Origin: Diplonema japonicum
Taxonomy: Eukaryota; Protista; Euglenozoa: Diplonemea
DNA: 64,000 bases
Direction: 5' to 3'
NCBI GenBank assembly: GCA_964019335.1
Contig: OZ025651.1
Span: forward strand, 62,001-126,000
Below the pieces are notes generated by a model. The model saw only the letters and a program-made list of their open reading frames with translations. It had not been told where the DNA came from and did not search any database. Below are positions 11,317 to 20,564 of the stretch, one piece after another. Made by a program: the position numbers and the translations under genes. The stretch's first letter is position 1; each line of letters opens with the position of its first letter.

Positions 11317-12375
11317 TTCGAAAATATTTTCGGCTGAACTACTGGTCCGGAAGATGCTGGCTTCTGGGATCGAACCCTGTTAACCATGTTTTTCAAAGGG
11401 AAAAGTGCCCAGTTGCAAAAGTTTGGCAAAAATGGCCAAAACCCAAAATGGCGACTTCCAAGGTCATTTTGGTTGGCCCCCAATATTTTTTTTTTGGAAA
11501 ATTCTTTTTGGAACTTCCTTGGAACTCACCGTTCTTTCATGTTCGACATATGGATTTTTTGAAAAAAAAAATTCAATGAACCTTTGGGCATTTTTGACAT
11601 TTTTTCCCCTATAGCCCCCTATAACCCCTTTGGGACATAGGGCGGGTCACTTAGCGAATATGGAGCGTAGAAAAAAAAGAGGGAAAAAAAAAACTTTTAG
11701 TGAAAAATTGAATGGTGAATGGGAAGACGGGGGAAGGGCATAAACTAATAGAGCTCTTATTTCTTTATTCGGTTTCAAAAAAAGAAACCTTCTTTTCTCT
11801 TTTCCCTCCTTTAATTATATAATAAGTAGGAGCTAATTCAAAGTGTCACAAGGAATCCGATATTTCTTCTTGGGGTTTTTTTCTTTCCTCCTAGCTGCCT
11901 TGTAGGCATGACGTAAAGTAGTAGTTGGACTAAAAAAAACAAAATGAACAATCAATCAAAACATTTTTACAGGATAAATACACACATAGTTTAGTTATCT
12001 TTTTCTTCTTTTTCTTTTTTTCCCTTCTTCCATTGCCCCCCACACTTAGTTGAGTTGCTTTGCTTTGGAATAAACACTTTTTCTTCTTTTTTCTTTTTTT
12101 TTTTGTGTGTGGGCTGTGGAGTATCTTCACTGCTTGTTCCTTTTGTTTTCTTAGTCATCTTCGCAGTTAATAGAGGAGAAGGGAAAAGGGTAAAAGGGAA
12201 GAGACAATTGGGAAAGCGGGATTATATAAAGGAAAAAAAATTCACTACAATTGGAGGGGGGGGGGGGGGGGGGGAAGAGGTGCAGAGACGACTCCATCGA
12301 GGAAAAAAATCTTTTTTTTTAAAATGACGCACTCTCACCCCAAACGAGTAGCGGCACTGCACACAAAATTAAACG

Positions 12376-12423
<48 letters not shown>

Positions 12424-13176
12424 CTTGGGATCCTCTTTTTTTTTTTTTTTTTTTTTTTTAAACCAAGGTTTTTTTCCCGTTCTTTTTTGCACTACAATGA
12501 CAAATCGGTAAGGGGGTACTGGTGAACCACAAAAAAAAAAAAAAAAAAGACCTCCCCGTTTCCCCAAGATAGCACGTCATTCCTTCCATTTTTTTTTTTT
12601 TTTTTTCAATCACAGTTTAAAAAGAAAAGAAAGCAAAAAAAAAGCAGAGAGACAGTGTAGACACAAAGGGAGAGAAAAAATGAAAAAGCTAGCCACCCCC
12701 TAAAAAATGATTCTTTATGACTTATGTCTTTGAAGTTCGCTCGAGCAACAAAAAAAAAAAAAACCTATAGAAAGCTTGTTTTTTTGTTTTTGCTCGGCAC
12801 AAGTTGCATAAGGCAATATTAATATACTATATTTTAAAATCATTTCCTTTTTCTTGAAAAGATAAAATATTGTGTAGTCGAAAAAACAAAAACGAAAAAA
12901 ATGAAAAATTTCAAAAAAGAAAGAAAAAAAAAAAGAAAAAAAAAAGCACCTGCTAGAAAGGAGGATGGTGTCCCCTTCTACGTAGAGTGGATTTTGGTTT
13001 TTTTTCTCCCCTATCCCCTTTTCTTTTCTTCTTTTTCTTTTTATATATCTAAAACCAGTGCATCCCAGACTTGCTCCAAGGGGTCCTTGAAAAGCCCGTT
13101 GGGTCCAATTCCCGGGAGAGGTTCCAACACTCTACACGAAAAAAAAAAAAAAAAACCTTTTTTGAAATTGTCTTCT

Positions 13177-16100
13177 TCACCTCCTGATGTGTCGCACCCT
13201 GACAAGCATCATTACGAACACGGCACAGCAAAAAGTAGTAGAGCCAAGGAGTATCATACTGTCTTTAAAGTGGGTAGAGTAGCTCCAACCGAGGTTGTCA
13301 AGGAACTGATCCGACGTGACTGCCACAGCGCACTCGCACTGCCCATCGACGAAGGAGCACAGCTGAGGAGCCTCCTCACAGGGGAGAGGGCTTGCATACG
13401 TCGTGTTAGGCGCGAAAAACTCTTCTTTATAATGCAAGATGTTAGAAACAGAAGAACGGAGGAAGTACGTCATAGGGTTGACTACGTTGAACTCCTTCAG
13501 GTACACAGGGATGTCGTGGGTGAGGATCAAGAACCCGGAGTGCAGCATCCACACCATCACAGAGAGTGGTATCAACACCTGTGCGAGCAGCAAGTTCGGC
13601 ACCAGCGACGCCATCATCAACCCGTAGAACTGCATGAAGAACGAGAAATTCACGTACTGCACGAAATAAAACCAGTACGCCCCACTAGGCAACCCTGTCA
13701 TCCAGAACAATGTGTTCACCCACAACGACGCCACCAACAGCACCCACGGCACCTCGTTCACTATCATCGTCGCTGCGAAGACCCATGGGCTGTACGTCCC
13801 TGAGCTTGTCTCGCGATAGAACGACGGTCTTGCCTCCAGAATGGGCTGCACAGCTGACATTGCATAAATAAGCCCCATATTGGCAGTCACGAAAATGATG
13901 GAAACATAGGAATGCAAATCCTCCACGGTGTCCCCTAGGTTCCAGTATGTGGATCCCATGAGCAGAGCAACGAAGATGGTAAAGATCATTCTGTTGATGT
14001 TGTATGTAGGCATTCTCTCGTAGGTCAGGACCTGTCTTGAAAACACCGGTTTGAGCTGCTGCAGGACGCTGGTTTGCGTTGTCTTGCCGTTCTCGTATTC
14101 CTCGGTGATGCACTGCTTCAGGTCGGGGCCTGCCGAGAGGTCCTGCTGCAGCTGCGTGTTCTCCTTCGACGTCTTCCACACCTCCGGCCAGTCGATGTCG
14201 CCCGCCTTCACGAACGTCATGATGGTCTCTGCAGGGTTTTCAGAGCACCTTGACATGTCTGCGTTGTTGTTCTCGAAGTACCCGAGGATCTCCGATCCCT
14301 CGGTACCTACTTCACCAAAGTACGCGACCCTACCCTCGTGGAGGAGCAGCACTGAATCGAAGAGGGAGAAGAGCTCTCTTGAAGGCTGGTGGATCGTGCA
14401 GATCACGGTTCTGCCTTGGTTGGCGATCTGACGTGCTGATTCCATGACCACCATGGCTCCTTCAGTGTCAAGCCCGGATGTGGGCTCGTCCATGAACAGC
14501 ACTGAAGGGTCAGAGACCAGCTCCACTGCAATGGTGACACGCTTCAATGCCTCGAGGGAGATCCCCCCACCGGTGACGGCAGAACCAATCATCACGTCAG
14601 CAATCTCGTCCAGCCCGAGGAGCTTCACGGTCTGATCGGCGATCAGTATCGCATCCTCACGACGTTTGCACCTCAGCGTTGCTGAAAACCTGACAGCCTC
14701 CCTCACGGTAGCCCTCGGGGTATGCAGGTCCTCTTGTTCCACATACGCCGTCACCCTTTTGAAAACCTCATTCTTGACCACCGCACCGTTTATCTTGACA
14801 CCACCCTCCATCTTCCCTGCAGTCTTCCGCCTGGCCAGGACATCTAGCAGCGTTGTCTTCCCCGCACCAGTTGGCCCCATCAGCGCAACCATTGTGCCTG
14901 GCTTGCAGTATCCGTCAATGTCTGTTAGAAGTGCCTTGTCGGGATTGCCCTTGCCCATGGGCACGGTGTATCCCACACTAGACCATGTGAATTCTGCAGG
15001 GGGAGCTTCCCTCGACAGGTCCTTAGGAGAGACAAGGTGTGATGTCTCTTGGATGCCCTCCTCCACGTCCTCATCATTGTTGCTGGCGACAAGGGAAACG
15101 TCGGGTACTTCTTTCCTGCGCAAGACGTTACCTGCAGGGAGGTATTTCACCTTCGATGCACCGTAGGCCCCAAGAGCCAAGGCTCCAACACAGTACCCTA
15201 CGAGCCTGATCATCTGCATCCACTTTGTGCTGTCGTCCTCATCGATGCCAAGCTGCGCGTTGATGTAGTTCCTTCCACCGTGGAAGCAGATAGGGGTCCC
15301 GTTCGCGCAACTCAGATCCAAACTGTCGAACTCGTTGACAACGAGCCCCCTGTACATGTACGAGTAGGGCGTCGCGTAGTAGGCCCACTTCCACCATTTC
15401 GGGATAAGGTTCTGTGCGATGGGAAACCCGCTGAAGAAGCTGAAGATGACAGTCACGGTGCCAGCCGCGGTCTGCGAGGCGTGTGCATCAGGTGCCATAT
15501 AGACGACGAGCCTCACGATGTTGGACATGGCAGCGTTGAAGAGGAAGAAGAGTAACACAGCAGAGGCGTAATGAGAGAGTTCATTATTCAGCCCTGTCAT
15601 CCAGTACACAATCGAACAAAAAACTACCGCTTCAGCAAAGGCGAGCGGAATGTCCCACAAACCCTTTGCGATCGGCCACGTCCAACCTTTGAACATTCTT
15701 GCCTCCTTGTGCCTATTGAACACCGCCCTCTGATCTAAGATCTCAGGCATCAGCGCGAAGGTTCCCGTTCCCATTGTGTTCATTGCGTTGGCCAGCAGAC
15801 CCATCCTGTCGTAGGCACCGTCCTGCGTGTTGTCCAACTGCAGGAAAAGCAGACCCAGAATCAATCCTTGGAAGATGTACCGCCCAAGGCGGGCCGCGAT
15901 GTATTGTCTGACATTTGCCTTTGTCAAATGATACTCCCTCCAGAACAGCCACTTCATATTGTGCATCAAGGAGGTCGGGATAACAGGAAGCTCGTTCCCA
16001 CGGATGGCCTTCTTGTCCTGCAAAGACGCTGTTAGCTTCGACTTCTCCGACGACGCATGCCATGTCTCGGAAAGGTTGACAGGATCGCCTTTCACCGTTG

Positions 16101-17124
16101 TAAGGAAGTCCGGCAGCGTCTGAGCAGGGGGCTTTCTGATACCCTGTGCAGTCATAAACTGATACGCATCTTGTGGATCACCGAAGAACAACTGCCGGCT
16201 GTCTTTCAAAACTAAGACCTTGTCGAAAAGACCGAACAGCTCGGGGCCTGCTTGGTACAGTGAGCTCACACATGACGCGCCTGAAATATTCACCAAAGCA
16301 CGGAGCACACGGCCAATGTGCAGAGCTGTTGCAGAGTCCAGCCCACGGCTCCAGCCGTCAAGAACTGCGAACTGTCCTTGGAGGAGCAGCGCCTCACCGA
16401 TCGAGACCCTTTTTTTCTCACCGCCCGATACACCGCGCAACAAAGAGTTGCCTACGATAGTGTCGCGTACGTGGTCCAGCCCGAGGAGCTCCAGCATCCT
16501 CTCCACATGATGGTCGACTAGCTTTTCCCTGTTGTCCAAGCCCATGGGCGTTGACAGCTGCGCGGCAACTCGGAAGGTGCGCTCAACAGTCAACGCCGGC
16601 AAGTGACGGTCTTCTTCTGCCATGAAGGACACCTTCAGAGGCTTGGTGTCATAGTCCCCTGGCAAGTAGTCAGCACCGTTGTACTTAAATGAACCAGACA
16701 GGGACGTAGAGGGATCTTGATAGCCAGCAAGAACACGAAGGAGAGAAGAACAGCCAGAAGCAGGGGGTGCCAGAACAAGAATCATCTCTCCGTGGCGCGC
16801 CTCTGCTGTGATGTTGTGGAGCTTTCGGTACGTCCTGCTCTTGTCAGAGCTGTTCGTCAGAAGACTCTTGATCTTTGCAAAGGGCTTTCCCACTGCTTTC
16901 GTCACAGAAGGCATCCCACTGTCCACTAGTGGAACATCTATGGACATATCCTCGCACGTCACTTCCACAGGGCTCCTTCCCGTTTTTTCTACGACACTCC
17001 TCATTTCTCTTACATCTTTCCCTTCTGCTGATTCTGCCCACCGTCTGAACTCGCTTCTCTTTAAGCAGTACTCGTCCCGCATAGTCATTCCATTCCCTAG
17101 TAGCTCAAGATATCTACTGTCCAT
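13177..17124 (-). CDS. Full-size ABCG/PDR-type ABC transporter (NBD-TMD)2
   Basis: NBD1 has APPASGCSS and VSGGEKKRVSIGE. NBD2 has GPTGAGKTT, LFMDEPTSGLD and CTIHQPS. Two hydrophobic TMDs. Confidence 0.95.
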   Translation of the reverse strand: MDSRYLELLGNGMTMRDEYCLKRSEFRRWAESAEGKDVREMRSVVEKTGRSPVEVTCEDMSIDVPLVDSGMPSVTKAVGKPFAKIKSLLTNSSDKSRTYRKLHNITAEARHGEMILVLAPPASGCSSLLRVLAGYQDPSTSLSGSFKYNGADYLPGDYDTKPLKVSFMAEEDRHLPALTVERTFRVAAQLSTPMGLDNREKLVDHHVERMLELLGLDHVRDTIVGNSLLRGVSGGEKKRVSIGEALLLQGQFAVLDGWSRGLDSATALHIGRVLRALVNISGASCVSSLYQAGPELFGLFDKVLVLKDSRQLFFGDPQDAYQFMTAQGIRKPPAQTLPDFLTTVKGDPVNLSETWHASSEKSKLTASLQDKKAIRGNELPVIPTSLMHNMKWLFWREYHLTKANVRQYIAARLGRYIFQGLILGLLFLQLDNTQDGAYDRMGLLANAMNTMGTGTFALMPEILDQRAVFNRHKEARMFKGWTWPIAKGLWDIPLAFAEAVVFCSIVYWMTGLNNELSHYASAVLLFFLFNAAMSNIVRLVVYMAPDAHASQTAAGTVTVIFSFFSGFPIAQNLIPKWWKWAYYATPYSYMYRGLVVNEFDSLDLSCANGTPICFHGGRNYINAQLGIDEDDSTKWMQMIRLVGYCVGALALGAYGASKVKYLPAGNVLRRKEVPDVSLVASNNDEDVEEGIQETSHLVSPKDLSREAPPAEFTWSSVGYTVPMGKGNPDKALLTDIDGYCKPGTMVALMGPTGAGKTTLLDVLARRKTAGKMEGGVKINGAVVKNEVFKRVTAYVEQEDLHTPRATVREAVRFSATLRCKRREDAILIADQTVKLLGLDEIADVMIGSAVTGGGISLEALKRVTIAVELVSDPSVLFMDEPTSGLDTEGAMVVMESARQIANQGRTVICTIHQPSRELFSLFDSVLLLHEGRVAYFGEVGTEGSEILGYFENNNADMSRCSENPAETIMTFVKAGDIDWPEVWKTSKENTQLQQDLSAGPDLKQCITEEYENGKTTQTSVLQQLKPVFSRQVLTYERMPTYNINRMIFTIFVALLMGSTYWNLGDTVEDLHSYVSIIFVTANMGLIYAMSAVQPILEARPSFYRETSSGTYSPWVFAATMIVNEVPWVLLVASLWVNTLFWMTGLPSGAYWFYFVQYVNFSFFMQFYGLMMASLVPNLLLAQVLIPLSVMVWMLHSGFLILTHDIPVYLKEFNVVNPMTYFLRSSVSNILHYKEEFFAPNTTYASPLPCEEAPQLCSFVDGQCECAVAVTSDQFLDNLGWSYSTHFKDSMILLGSTTFCCAVFVMMLVRVRHIRR

Positions 17125-17256
17125 GTTGCTTTCGAACCTCCCTCTGATGCCTTCGGTTGTTTAGTTGTTAATTACGGATAAAAGGAAAAAGCAAATATAT
17201 ATTCTTTTTGATTACACACACTTCTAAATTTCCTTTCCCCCCCACCCTGCCCCCGC

Positions 17257-18669
17257 TTACTTGCTTCCCATAATCTTGTACAACACTAGCAAGTACGCAG
17301 CAATGGCCACTGTGAAGCACAGTTCATAGGCAGTCCCCTTAGAGACGTGGACGGAGACCTCCAATGGAGGATCCATGTAGAATAGGTCATCGGTGGTGAT
17401 GGAGTCTTCTTTGAAGCCCTTGAAAGAAGAGAAGAAGGGTCGGAGAGAGGTCTGCTGGAGATGGGTTGGCGAGGGAATAGGAGTAGAGAGAGCGGCTTCA
17501 ATGATGGTGAGGGAGGGGACAAGAGAGGGGGTAGTAGGCAAGGCAGCACCACTGCCGTAAAGGACTATCGAGGACACAATGAAGGAGGTCAACTTCTGAA
17601 CGGCGAGATGCGTGTTCGGCCCTGAGTCACCCGACAGGGCAACCAAAGACCCAGCAGAGATTTGTTTGTGCGCAAAGTGGTTCGCTTCCAACCCCACCTC
17701 ACTGCTGCTGTAATCCACATAATGCTGGGCTGTCTTGACACCAATCTGCATCTCTTCCCCTATCTTTTTCATCGCCGCCACGAAGGCTGCCTCTTTGTGT
17801 GTCTCGGCCTCGCTTCGCAGGCTCTCCGTAAGTACCACCTCCTTAATGTCATTCATACTGTCTTCGAAACTCTCCAAGCAAAGGGAGTACGCAACCCTTT
17901 TCACCTGGTCCCCTCCTAACATCTGCAGCCACCTTTTAGCTGTCGGAAAGGTATTCTTGTACCCTTTAACACCCAACATCACCACCACATTCACACCGGG
18001 GTCTGCCATCTTGGTCCCGTACATCTTGCTCAAAACTCTGACAAGACTTGCAGAAATACCAACACCGGAGTTCTGGGCCCCTGTCAGGGGGGCGGAGGGG
18101 AAGGCGGTAGTGCTGTCGTAGGTGCCTGTGACGACGATGGTCTCAGCGTTGGGAGTGGACGACTCAAAACTTGTAACGTAGAAGGGCACCTGCGACTGGA
18201 CAGGTGCTGAAAGCGTGGAGGAAGGCTGCTGCTTGGGCACGATATTGATCACCAGCCGGTCAGAAAACAGACCGTTGCCCTCTTGCGGTTCAGGAAGGAT
18301 AGTTAGCTCCTCGTAAGCTTCTTCCCCTTCGTTCGTAAAGTATAGAGGAACCTCCACAGCATTCTCCAGTAAATGTTTCTGGATCTTGTTCATCACCTTT
18401 CGCTGGTGGCGAGACCCTTTTTTGTCCCCCACCAGAACTGCCCCCGACCCGCCTATGCCCTCCATGAAATTCTGAACTTCACTAACCGCGATGTCGTTCA
18501 CCCTCACAATATCCACTCCTCCCTTCCCTACCTCTGCTTTTACTGTAGATTTCCTCGCCCCAAGCTCGCTCCCGTCCTTGCTGTCATACTTCACAGCGTG
18601 GTACACAGTCACCCCGTTCACTAACACAGCCGTTGCACAAAGCTGGCAGATAACTGATCTCAACAACAT
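17257..18669 (-). CDS. NCLN: Nicalin-like protein (inactive M28 fold, type I membrane)
   Basis: Signal peptide, TIVVTGTYDS, GAQNSGVG, AKRWL, LCLES, EANHFAHKQISAGSL and a C-terminal TM helix YELCFTVAIAAYLLVLY. Confidence 0.75.
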   Translation of the reverse strand: MLLRSVICQLCATAVLVNGVTVYHAVKYDSKDGSELGARKSTVKAEVGKGGVDIVRVNDIAVSEVQNFMEGIGGSGAVLVGDKKGSRHQRKVMNKIQKHLLENAVEVPLYFTNEGEEAYEELTILPEPQEGNGLFSDRLVINIVPKQQPSSTLSAPVQSQVPFYVTSFESSTPNAETIVVTGTYDSTTAFPSAPLTGAQNSGVGISASLVRVLSKMYGTKMADPGVNVVVMLGVKGYKNTFPTAKRWLQMLGGDQVKRVAYSLCLESFEDSMNDIKEVVLTESLRSEAETHKEAAFVAAMKKIGEEMQIGVKTAQHYVDYSSSEVGLEANHFAHKQISAGSLVALSGDSGPNTHLAVQKLTSFIVSSIVLYGSGAALPTTPSLVPSLTIIEAALSTPIPSPTHLQQTSLRPFFSSFKGFKEDSITTDDLFYMDPPLEVSVHVSKGTAYELCFTVAIAAYLLVLYKIMGSK

Positions 18670-18928
18670 TTTCGTTAAAGCCTTTTTCTTTACTGCGGAT
18701 CTCCGGCATTCATAAAAAAAATAATAGAGCAGAACAGCAAACACTAATGCATAAGCCACATAAAAGTTAACACACCAAAAAGGAAGAGAAGAAGAAAAAA
18801 CGTGAGGCAGGTAAAAATAAAACCGTACAAAAAAGACGAAAATCATGCCATGTAAAACTCTACATAAGAGCACAGGATAGTTAAGACAAACACCTCATCA
18901 AGAAGCAACCGATTATCGCTTAGGGTTC

Positions 18929-20455
18929 TTAGACAAGGGTTCCGCGGCAGCCAGCACCGGAGCAGTCGGGGAAGGGGAGGGTATCCGGCCAGACCATACC
19001 GGGGGAAGTCAACTGGTAGTTGACCTCAAGGTCGGTGTCGCTTGCGAAGACAGCTTCGATGTAGAAACCGGTCCAACCTGCCTCCCTCTTCGGCACGCCG
19101 GCGGTGTAGACACCGTTAACGGCGGTGAGTTTCTTCTCATGCCAGATGATGGGGACAAAACAGTTCCCACCGCCAAAGACAGGATTCGCCAGCGGGATCT
19201 CAGGGAGCTTACATAACCCAGTAACGTTGTCGGCTTTGCGCGCCCATCGGAAGTCCCTCAATTTAGTAGAAATGGTGTCCGCGTGTCGCATAGTGACACT
19301 CTTAACCTTCTCTGTCTCGGGGATCGTCACTGAGATCACGCCCCTTGCCGTGTCAACAACAGAGCTCATGACAGGACGCTTTCCACCCAAGAACACTGAC
19401 TCGATAAAGGCGTTCACAGACGAGAGCACCTCTGGTAGCCCTGTGATAAGGGAGTGCTCCGCGTTGTTGACGATGGTGAGGTGCTTCTCCCCTGTCATCC
19501 TGTCCCACCAGATGGTCGTCCACTCCATCATCATGAATTCATCGTCACTGCTGACCAGCACGTACTTCGGGATCCTTGCCAGCCTCGGGAGGTAGTTGAT
19601 GGGGTCCACCACCTGGTTCATCATTGCGAATGCAGGCGTGTCAAGGTACTGGGTGATGTTCGCCTTGTAGTAGTCGTCGAAGGCGAAGGTCCACCCGCCG
19701 TATGCCCTGAACTGGTGGTGCATGTCAGCCATGATGGACGGGGCGATGGGCACGAGGGGCACGATCCCGATAATGTTCGGACACGACGGGCAAGTTGCGG
19801 ACCCTGTGGTCCATGTGGTCCAGCCACGCTTCGAAGCACCCGCCACGACCCATCCGCCAATGTTGGCCATACCCTTCTGCATCGTGTACTCCTGCACCGC
19901 CTGCATTGCCTTCATGACACCCTTGGTCATTGGCAGTCTCGGAAGCCATTCTGGGTTTGACCCGTTGCCGAGGAGGTACTGCCTCCACGCCCAAGCGATC
20001 ATGGCGTCCTCCGACCTGCGCTTCTTCTGAGGGTCCGAAGGGTAGACAATGTGGCAGTTGGGGATCTGGAAGAGCGCAACCCCGATGGCGCCCGTGCCAT
20101 GTGAGATGACGTCGGTCACGATGATGTCCTCGTCTGAGGCCTTCGGGACAGAAGGGTTTTCATTGCAGCCACCAGTGTTATACAGCATCGCCTTGGTCGT
20201 GAACCTCAAGTGCCTTGGCACGATGACCACAGCCTGATGTGTCCACAGTGCGCCATTCGGCCCTACGGCCATGCTCTCATCAAGCCATTTCTGCGATGTG
20301 ACGTTCAGCACGTAGCCTGTGCCGCCTAGGGCGGTGGCAATCCTCGCTCCGGTGTCGAACCACTTGAACTCACCGTCATCCTTGTTCAGGTAGTCGTCCA
20401 GAGGTGTTGCCTGTACGGCCAGCACCGCCGCGAGTATTAAGCACACTGTCCGCAT
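18929..20455 (-). CDS. PqaA (PhoPQ-activated)/AprA-like secreted alpha/beta hydrolase
   Basis: Signal peptide, TPLDDY, TSQKWL, RSEDAMIAWAW, PRLPMTK, VAGASKRGWTTW, DDEF and NAEH. Confidence 0.88.
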   Translation of the reverse strand: MRTVCLILAAVLAVQATPLDDYLNKDDGEFKWFDTGARIATALGGTGYVLNVTSQKWLDESMAVGPNGALWTHQAVVIVPRHLRFTTKAMLYNTGGCNENPSVPKASDEDIIVTDVISHGTGAIGVALFQIPNCHIVYPSDPQKKRRSEDAMIAWAWRQYLLGNGSNPEWLPRLPMTKGVMKAMQAVQEYTMQKGMANIGGWVVAGASKRGWTTWTTGSATCPSCPNIIGIVPLVPIAPSIMADMHHQFRAYGGWTFAFDDYYKANITQYLDTPAFAMMNQVVDPINYLPRLARIPKYVLVSSDDEFMMMEWTTIWWDRMTGEKHLTIVNNAEHSLITGLPEVLSSVNAFIESVFLGGKRPVMSSVVDTARGVISVTIPETEKVKSVTMRHADTISTKLRDFRWARKADNVTGLCKLPEIPLANPVFGGGNCFVPIIWHEKKLTAVNGVYTAGVPKREAGWTGFYIEAVFASDTDLEVNYQLTSPGMVWPDTLPFPDCSGAGCRGTLV

Positions 20456-20564
20456 TGTCCTGTATAGGTATCGATCTCTTCGAGCAAAAAACTATAGAAG
20501 AAAAACTAAAGAATAACAAATATTCATAGGTTATTGATTCTCGTTGGGCAGCAGCCCTTTTTTA

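Larger units (their letters stand above)
9545..11667. mobile_element. Non-autonomous DNA transposon, 27-bp TIRs, 3-bp TAG target duplication
   Basis: Left end tag|CGCTCCATATTCGCTAAGTGACCCACC; right end GGCGGGTCACTTAGCGAATATGGAGCG|tag (26/27 match). A 16-bp direct repeat ATGTTCGACATATGGA lies near both ends. Confidence 0.88.

Noticed and set aside
12901-16929. Long plus-strand ORFs overlapping the ABC transporter (and similar ORFs opposite other genes)
   Set aside because: These are antisense shadows of GC-rich coding sequence with no domain motifs.
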